From a virus (Duplodnaviria; Caudoviricetes), in the IMG/VR virus record IMGVR_UViG_3300042465_006598, positions 1 to 31,321 of that record: a stretch of 31,321 nt of DNA; one strand, given 5' to 3'. The position numbers were made by a program, and so were the translations under genes. Shown piece after piece: positions 25,089 to 31,321 of this stretch. The notes below the pieces were generated by a model that was not told where the DNA came from, searched no databases, and saw only the letters and a program-made list of their open reading frames with translations. Each line of letters begins with the position of its first letter. Positions within the stretch are counted from its first letter, which is position 1.

Positions 25089-26035
25089 TGATCTTGGGGA
25101 ACTATTCCTAGCGGATCTTCCACTATTTCAACTTCCAATGTATGTGAATTATTATAGTTCCATGTATGCTGCCATGATGGAGAGTAGTATACTTTCAATC
25201 TATTATAAACAGAAGACGGCGTATGATAAAATCTTCTATAGCCAAATTTGTTTTCTAAAAAGTGAAATATTGCTTTAGCTTTTTGATCATCAATATTCTC
25301 AAACTTATACTGCCAATTGACCAGCGAAATATTACGCGAAGAATTTATTTTTTGGATAAATGAGTTTTTAAAATCTAGGGTATCGACCCTCATCTTTACG
25401 TCATTTTGAACTCCGACATCTGGTTCGAAAAAGAACGATTGACTCCATTTCGCGCCTGATCCTGTAGGACCATCAAGTGATGAACTAGCAGAGGTGTGTC
25501 CTTCTGTGCAATAGTAAAAGTTATCTAATTTATTGCTGTTTACTCCAGAATAAAGTATATCGTATTTTGTGAAAGCTTGACCACTTGACCAAGTTTTTGG
25601 GGCTGTATTGATATATGACATTCCCGACCAATTGAGTACAGAAGAAGCTTGAAATACTTCCAGCGAAAATGCTACTTCGTAGTGTCGTTTGTTTATATGA
25701 TTAATAGCATAATTATCGCAGACACCAGTTACTTTTTTATAAAAATCAGATGGATCATCAAATTCAATAAATTCTTCACCGCTCTTCAACTCTAAAAATC
25801 TAACTAATTGTTGAGCTTGTGTTTCTGGTAAATCATAACGCAACTCAAACTTAGCATTCAAGTTATTAACTGACATTGGCATCATATTATAATAACCGTT
25901 TTGTGTTTCATAAGCGCTGTTGCGCGATGTTATGGCTACCCTTGAGCCATAGGCTGGGAATACAGAAGCTAACGATGCCAATGGACTGATACCGCTTATG
26001 TTACCTGTGGTTCTATCGTAAAAAGAATCGCTCAT
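25085..26035 (-). CDS. Minor/distal tail protein, two lambda gpM-like domains around a CBM5/12-like insert
   Basis: QAQQLVRFLELKSGEEFIEFDDPS and KAKAIFHFLENKFGYRRFYHTPS repeats; insert WSSGQAFTKYDILYSG...YYCTEGHTS...GPTGSGAKW. Confidence 0.7.
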   Translation of the reverse strand: MSDSFYDRTTGNISGISPLASLASVFPAYGSRVAITSRNSAYETQNGYYNMMPMSVNNLNAKFELRYDLPETQAQQLVRFLELKSGEEFIEFDDPSDFYKKVTGVCDNYAINHINKRHYEVAFSLEVFQASSVLNWSGMSYINTAPKTWSSGQAFTKYDILYSGVNSNKLDNFYYCTEGHTSASSSLDGPTGSGAKWSQSFFFEPDVGVQNDVKMRVDTLDFKNSFIQKINSSRNISLVNWQYKFENIDDQKAKAIFHFLENKFGYRRFYHTPSSVYNRLKVYYSPSWQHTWNYNNSHTLEVEIVEDPLGIVPQDQ

Positions 26036-26820
26036 GAGTGACCAATATAGTTAAGAGTTAATTTTACACCGCCATCAGCAGATGACGCTAAAGTCTCTCC
26101 AACTAACGAAGCGTTTGGTATCGTTAATTGCTGAAGAGTTTGTGTGTTGTCTTTTGACTTTACAGCAAAAGTTACTGTTTTGTTTTGTCTTCCTGATAAA
26201 AATCCAGTTGAGTTTTGTAAAAATGCATCGTCAACATCAATCTGCACGGATGCATTGAACTCTAAAACGCGATCTGTTATTACTTCTGCTGGAAAAACTG
26301 ATCCAATTTTGTAAATGGGTTCTCTATTTATTTTAACTGAGTAATCAAAACCAACAACTCTATTGGTAGTGGAATTGTCGCAAGTCAAAGTTATTGATCC
26401 TTGATTTGGTATATAGATTGTTGGGACTGTGACTGATCCTGAATGGTTGATGCCACTTCGCATCTCTCCATAAACAGATAAACTAGCATTAGTAGATGGA
26501 ACTGTGCCGACAGCGCAATTGACGCTGTATTCGGTCAAGAAGCCGCTGTTGAAGCCGTAGGCTTGACCATTATAGTTGATGCTGCCGCTGGTCGGTGAAG
26601 AGCCTGTCAATGATAATATTGGATCGTTATAAATCAAATACCGCGAGAATGATACTTGCTTTTGACTATCTCCACCAATCAGTGTTTGTCCAACCGCTAT
26701 TCCCAAGAATCTTGCAATAGATGGGGAATTAGAATAAGAAATATTAACATTCTCAACTCCAAGCAATTCCTGCCCAGAGATGAAAACTTTATTCTCGTAG
26801 TTGTTTAATAAATCAAACAT
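26032..26820 (-). CDS. Tail tube-like / tail-tip protein
   Basis: LLGVENVNISYSNSPSIARFLG and NRVVGFDYSVKINREPIYKIGS; resembles the 23976-25088 product; directly follows the tape measure gene. Confidence 0.6.
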   Translation of the reverse strand: MFDLLNNYENKVFISGQELLGVENVNISYSNSPSIARFLGIAVGQTLIGGDSQKQVSFSRYLIYNDPILSLTGSSPTSGSINYNGQAYGFNSGFLTEYSVNCAVGTVPSTNASLSVYGEMRSGINHSGSVTVPTIYIPNQGSITLTCDNSTTNRVVGFDYSVKINREPIYKIGSVFPAEVITDRVLEFNASVQIDVDDAFLQNSTGFLSGRQNKTVTFAVKSKDNTQTLQQLTIPNASLVGETLASSADGGVKLTLNYIGHS

Positions 26821-26821
26821 A

Positions 26822-29800
26822 TTATCTTCTTAGAGTGCCTCCAATTCTTTTCTCGTCATTGATGATTTGTAATACTGCATCTTTAATTTGACGAGCAAGT
26901 TGTTGGCGACCTGCGGATGGATCTTGTGAGGTTTCTTGAGTTGTCTGACCAGATGGTGCTACGTTGATTGTGATACTGCCAGTTGATCCAGATGAGTTGA
27001 TAAGCTCATCAAGTTTTGCCAAGAGTTTTTCGTTGAGTTCTTTGCTAGTCTCTTCTGAAGTGATAGAAGTTCCACCAGAGTTCATCGACTGAAGATTTGG
27101 CGCTCCGATTCCTTGAACTGCTGAACGGTTCATAACAAACTCTCCACCAGAAAGCATTGCTGGAACCGTGTCTATGCCAGACATAGATGGAATCATTCCG
27201 CCTGTAGCTCTACCCCAACCATTCGCTTTTTCCCACGCTGCCGCCGCTTCTTCATTATAGTTTCCATATTCATCAAATATGCCATTACCATAACTAGTTC
27301 CTAAGCCTCCAAATAAGTTTCTAATTCTACTAGGTATTCCACCGATTCCACCAAATATTTTCTTAAACATATTTGATCTTGGTGTCGATGATTCGACATC
27401 GCTCGTTATACCCAACCCTCTTTGAGCTTCCGCAATATCTGACGCTTCGGCTCCACCAGCAAATCTATTTACATTTCCAGACTGAAAGACACCCCCGCCA
27501 AATCCAGAAGCTTCAATTGCTCTTGGAGCGCCCGACGTATTAAATCCTCCCATACTATCAAAATAAGAAGCAAATGACTTATCTGATTTATATAGATCAG
27601 TTAATTGTTTAACGCTTCCAATTTGAGATAATTTAAATTGATTGCCTGCGCCAGCAAAATCTCCCGTAAACGCCTTTCCGACACTACTAAAAAGATTACC
27701 CAATCCTCCAACTTGTGTTCCCCCAATATTTCCACCAGTGAAAACTCCTTTGAATCCAGCTCCTAACTGGGACATTATTCCTTGACCAGCAGCGCCTTTA
27801 AATGCTGCTCCAAATCCAGATGCTGCTGCGCCAATAACTGGAGTCGCTATCGCAGAAGCAGCCATCATAATCAATTGTGTTCTAAATGCTTTCTTTTGTT
27901 CTTTTTCTGCTTTTTTGGCTTCTTTCTCTGCTCTATATTGTTGCAAATACAAATCAAAAGCTTGTCCTTTAGCTGATTGAGTTGCCTCAAACATCGGAGA
28001 ATTTCTCATTCCAAAAACAGAAAGCATTGAACTCTCTGGCTCTAAAGAAACAGACTGGTAGCCAGACTCATTGATCATTTGATCGAATTGTCCAGAAGTG
28101 CCAGTTTGAGTTGCGAAATCCAAAAGATTTCTTTTGCCAGATATTGCGCCCTGACCAAAAGTTCCTGGGGTATAGAAGTTTCCTTGTGGACCTTTTTGAA
28201 CTGATCCGCCTTTAGCATAACCCATTAAAGTTCCGTTGTTCAAGGACTCCAAGAACTGCGCTCCATACTTGGATACAGCTTTCTTATTGACGACATATTC
28301 GCCGCCCATAAGCATTGCTGGGATATCATCTTTAGTTCCAGATCCGCCGTTTACTTTACCGCCAGATGCAAATCCAAATATAGATGCAATGCCAGACTTG
28401 CCACCCGTCTTATCAGATCCAAACAAAAAGTTAGAGAATTTATTTGAAAGATTTTGTATGTTTGCTTGGTTTATGCCTTTAACAAATTCATATGCAGCCC
28501 CTCGCAATACGCTGCTGAAACTTTCTCCACCTTCAATCATTTTATTGATGGCACTAGACATGTTGTCTGAGAACATTTGGGGTATTTTTTCTCCAAGATC
28601 AAATGCAAATGTCGCAATTTGAGCTTGCAAAACTTTTGTTGCATCACTCATTCCGCCAGAAAAGCCTCTATCAACTTTATCTAAAATGCCACCTCTTGTT
28701 ACATCACCAAGACCAGCTTTTGAATTATCTGCTTCTTTTTGCGCTAATTTTCTTTGTTCATCGGCTTGTTGTATCGCAACGTCAATTTTGCTTAATGTGC
28801 CAGGATCAATTTCAGCTATTTTTCTTAGATCTTCTATTTTTAAATTTGAAGGTAATCCACCAGAAGCTATCCTCGTACTACCCTCAATTGCTGATCTAGC
28901 TCTATTGATTAATTCTTGATCAATATTCAATGTTTTTTGTTCTAAACCAATTCCTATTCCAGTGGATTCTAAATTTTTTCTTTTTAATTCTAATTTGTAA
29001 ACTTCTTCGGCTTTTTGTAATTCGTTAAGAGCCGTATCTCTTTTGATACGTTCGATTTCTTTGTTGATTGATAAACTTTCATACGCATTATTCAAAACTC
29101 TTTTTTCTATTGCAAAAGATGCTCCAGAATTGCGGGCTTCGATTTGAGCGCTGATTTCTTTTTCTAAAGATAGTTTACCTGATGTTGCATCAATTGATTT
29201 TATTTGAATGCCATATTCTTTTTCTAATGCAGTTATTTGTTTTTGTTTTTCATCTGAAGATTCTTTATTAAGCACTACTGCTTTGGACAACGCTTCAATC
29301 AATGGCTTGACGGCTTCTGACGGTAATTTTAATGTTGGGTCGGTTAGTAAATCTCGTAATCGGTCTTGATAAAGATTAATATCTTTACCATCAAATTTAG
29401 GTAATACTTTTGATTCAATTTTATCTGCAAACTCAGGAATTTGATCTCCAGGAATTCCCGCTACTCCAGTTAGTCCACTAATGAGTGCGTCTCCTATATT
29501 TTTTGCTTGTTGCTCTTGTTCATTTAATAAAGCGATGGATCTTCCATATGTCTCATTAATTTTTGCTATAGCTTTTAATTTTGCATTCTCAGATAGAGAT
29601 ATATTATTTTCAATTTCCGCTATTTTTTCTTTTTGCGTTTGCTCTTCATTAAGAATTAATTTTTTCTTATCGCTTAATTTTTGATTTAAATTTATCTCAG
29701 CTTGTAATCTTCCAAGATTTACTTGTAAGTCTCTTTCTTTTTGAGGCTCATCTATTTCTTTTTGACTCTTTGTAGCTATGGCTTCTGTTCTTGCTTTAGT

Positions 29801-31321
29801 TAATATATCGCCCTTTTGTTTATCATCTAAATCTTTAAATACTTTATTGTATTGTTCTTCTGATATTCCCAATTGGGTTTGAATTCTATCTGATAAATCA
29901 TATCCCCTAAATTCATACCCCGCACCTTTATACTCCGCTGCAGTTGGATATCCAGCCGCTTGTGCGCGTTTTTCAGGATCTTGAATTGTAGCGGTATCTA
30001 ATAGTTCACCGAACTGCTCCTCAGACATTCTAGCTAATTTATCTGAAACTCCAGCCGCACTCTCTCCAATTGACTTTAAGAAAATTACGACTTGTTTTGA
30101 AGATTCTTTCGCGGCATCTGCCATTTTAAAAGAGAAACTTCTCAATTCAGAAGCTAGAATTATTCCATCTTTTTTTATTATTTCAATTTGTCCTTTAATT
30201 GTACTTTCTGGAACTTGTTGTGCGGTAGCGCGTTCAATTACTGAATAATATTGTTCTTCTAACTTTTTATTTAAAACTCCACCAAATGATCCTTGAAATT
30301 GGGCTGTTCTTCTACCTGTGAAATCTTCGGCAGTACTAAGACCAGCATCACTTATATCAGGAGCAGAAAACGTCATGACTTCTCCATAACCTAAATCACT
30401 TCCGATTTCTTTTGCTCTTTCTTTAATTTCTTCTTTTCTAGCTACTCCAAGTGTATCTAAACTAATAGTAGCGCCTTCCGCAGCTTTACCCATTGCTTCT
30501 ACTGATATAGCAACAGCGGTAGTAATACCTGAATATTTATTAAATAGTGTAGTTCCGATTTGATATGCCGCTGTCAATCCTCCAATTGCGAGTCCAGCTG
30601 GTCCCAGAACAGAAGCAAATTTAGGTACAACTTGACCAAGTCCAGAAAATGCAAACGAAACGCTGGAAAATGAACTTAATCCGCCAGCCAACGCATTAGT
30701 GACTTGCGCAAATTCGTTAGATGAATCACTCGTAGCTCCTGCCAATGCCGTCATTGCTCCTTGAACCGCAAAAATAGGTCCAAGAAGATCTCTACCCGCT
30801 TTATCTGCTTTGGGATCAACTACTCTTGGTGCAATTGGATTCGTTAAACTTCTTCTGGCGTTTTGAGATACAGCGGTAGTTAAAGCTGCGGCATCAGCTT
30901 GAGCTTTAGCTTCTTTTTTTGCTTTTTCAGCTTGTAAATTTATATTTTCTTGTACAGTATTAATTGGAGCGATTTTTTTACGAGAAGATTCTGCGGAGCC
31001 TAAATCACTTTCTAGCTGTCTAATTCTACTCTCCTCTTTGTTTATTTCAATTGGGCTGACACCTTGCGTCTTGGCTTGATTTACAGCTATTTTGCTTGCA
31101 GCTATTTCATCTTGCAATAATTTGATTTTAGCATCCTCTAATTTAATCTGAGCCTTTATCTGTAAGGAATTCTTGATTATATCTTTACGCTGTTTTTCAT
31201 ATTCATCTTTTATTTTTTGTATAGATGTTGTTAAGTCTTCTTGTATTTTTGCTGAAGCTTCTTTTACGGTTTTTCCAGCAAATGGAGCTAAGTCTGGATC
31301 TCCTGGAGCAGCATAATTCGG
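26822..31321 (-). CDS. Tail tape measure protein (5' end beyond the window, at least 1499 aa)
   Basis: The frame stays open upstream of the track start to the window edge (PNYAAPGDPDLAPFAGKTVKEASAKIQEDL...). Long coiled-coil, A/G-rich hydrophobic segments and two xxGG...D(D/T)(I/V)PAML.GGE(Y/F)V.N..AV motifs typical of tape measure C-termini. Confidence 0.88.
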   Translation of the reverse strand, partial: PNYAAPGDPDLAPFAGKTVKEASAKIQEDLTTSIQKIKDEYEKQRKDIIKNSLQIKAQIKLEDAKIKLLQDEIAASKIAVNQAKTQGVSPIEINKEESRIRQLESDLGSAESSRKKIAPINTVQENINLQAEKAKKEAKAQADAAALTTAVSQNARRSLTNPIAPRVVDPKADKAGRDLLGPIFAVQGAMTALAGATSDSSNEFAQVTNALAGGLSSFSSVSFAFSGLGQVVPKFASVLGPAGLAIGGLTAAYQIGTTLFNKYSGITTAVAISVEAMGKAAEGATISLDTLGVARKEEIKERAKEIGSDLGYGEVMTFSAPDISDAGLSTAEDFTGRRTAQFQGSFGGVLNKKLEEQYYSVIERATAQQVPESTIKGQIEIIKKDGIILASELRSFSFKMADAAKESSKQVVIFLKSIGESAAGVSDKLARMSEEQFGELLDTATIQDPEKRAQAAGYPTAAEYKGAGYEFRGYDLSDRIQTQLGISEEQYNKVFKDLDDKQKGDILTKARTEAIATKSQKEIDEPQKERDLQVNLGRLQAEINLNQKLSDKKKLILNEEQTQKEKIAEIENNISLSENAKLKAIAKINETYGRSIALLNEQEQQAKNIGDALISGLTGVAGIPGDQIPEFADKIESKVLPKFDGKDINLYQDRLRDLLTDPTLKLPSEAVKPLIEALSKAVVLNKESSDEKQKQITALEKEYGIQIKSIDATSGKLSLEKEISAQIEARNSGASFAIEKRVLNNAYESLSINKEIERIKRDTALNELQKAEEVYKLELKRKNLESTGIGIGLEQKTLNIDQELINRARSAIEGSTRIASGGLPSNLKIEDLRKIAEIDPGTLSKIDVAIQQADEQRKLAQKEADNSKAGLGDVTRGGILDKVDRGFSGGMSDATKVLQAQIATFAFDLGEKIPQMFSDNMSSAINKMIEGGESFSSVLRGAAYEFVKGINQANIQNLSNKFSNFLFGSDKTGGKSGIASIFGFASGGKVNGGSGTKDDIPAMLMGGEYVVNKKAVSKYGAQFLESLNNGTLMGYAKGGSVQKGPQGNFYTPGTFGQGAISGKRNLLDFATQTGTSGQFDQMINESGYQSVSLEPESSMLSVFGMRNSPMFEATQSAKGQAFDLYLQQYRAEKEAKKAEKEQKKAFRTQLIMMAASAIATPVIGAAASGFGAAFKGAAGQGIMSQLGAGFKGVFTGGNIGGTQVGGLGNLFSSVGKAFTGDFAGAGNQFKLSQIGSVKQLTDLYKSDKSFASYFDSMGGFNTSGAPRAIEASGFGGGVFQSGNVNRFAGGAEASDIAEAQRGLGITSDVESSTPRSNMFKKIFGGIGGIPSRIRNLFGGLGTSYGNGIFDEYGNYNEEAAAAWEKANGWGRATGGMIPSMSGIDTVPAMLSGGEFVMNRSAVQGIGAPNLQSMNSGGTSITSEETSKELNEKLLAKLDELINSSGSTGSITINVAPSGQTTQETSQDPSAGRQQLARQIKDAVLQIINDEKRIGGTLRR

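Noticed and set aside
4107-29684. Other short ORFs overlapping long genes (e.g. 4107, 9535, 12299, 17178, 18971, 19475, 22227, 28236, 28603)
   Set aside because: All or nearly all of their length lies within well-supported genes on the opposite strand or another frame, and they show no motifs.
1-31321. Bacterial chromosome with an O-antigen locus, alternative genetic code, or uracil-substituted DNA
   Set aside because: Tail genes, phage-type kinase and divergent replisome indicate a phage; ORFs tile the window under the standard code; an intact dUTPase argues against uracil DNA.

Overview
A 31.3-kb, AT-rich, almost gap-free fragment of a large tailed dsDNA bacteriophage genome. There are no rRNA, tRNA or CRISPR features. 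Left arm (minus strand, 1-19.7 kb): a bacterial-style replisome and recombination module. It has a family-C polymerase split into separate PHP, DEDDh exonuclease and catalytic DnaE genes, plus a Cas4/RecB-like nuclease, primase, DnaB, a DUF559-like nuclease and RecA. This is followed by a 10-gene glycan synthesis/modification island (gmd, nucleotidyltransferase, glycosyl- and methyltransferases), a putative internal-head polyprotein and a class Id-like ribonucleotide reductase. A 420-bp repeat- and palindrome-rich divergent region at 19740-20160 precedes a plus-strand operon (dUTPase, dNMP kinase, sigma factor, SSB, GT4, FmdB-like). That operon meets a minus-strand tail module (tape measure, two tail-tube-like proteins, a doubled gpM-like distal tail protein) with no gap. 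The most notable sequence-level signal is four TTGACA promoters that each start exactly 36 nt upstream of an ATG, implying leaderless mRNAs in a region with no evident Shine-Dalgarno sites. A fifth, perfect-consensus promoter of the same geometry points into a non-coding, self-complementary stretch (candidate ncRNA or origin RNA). All protein calls come from motifs read by eye; no database search was run.
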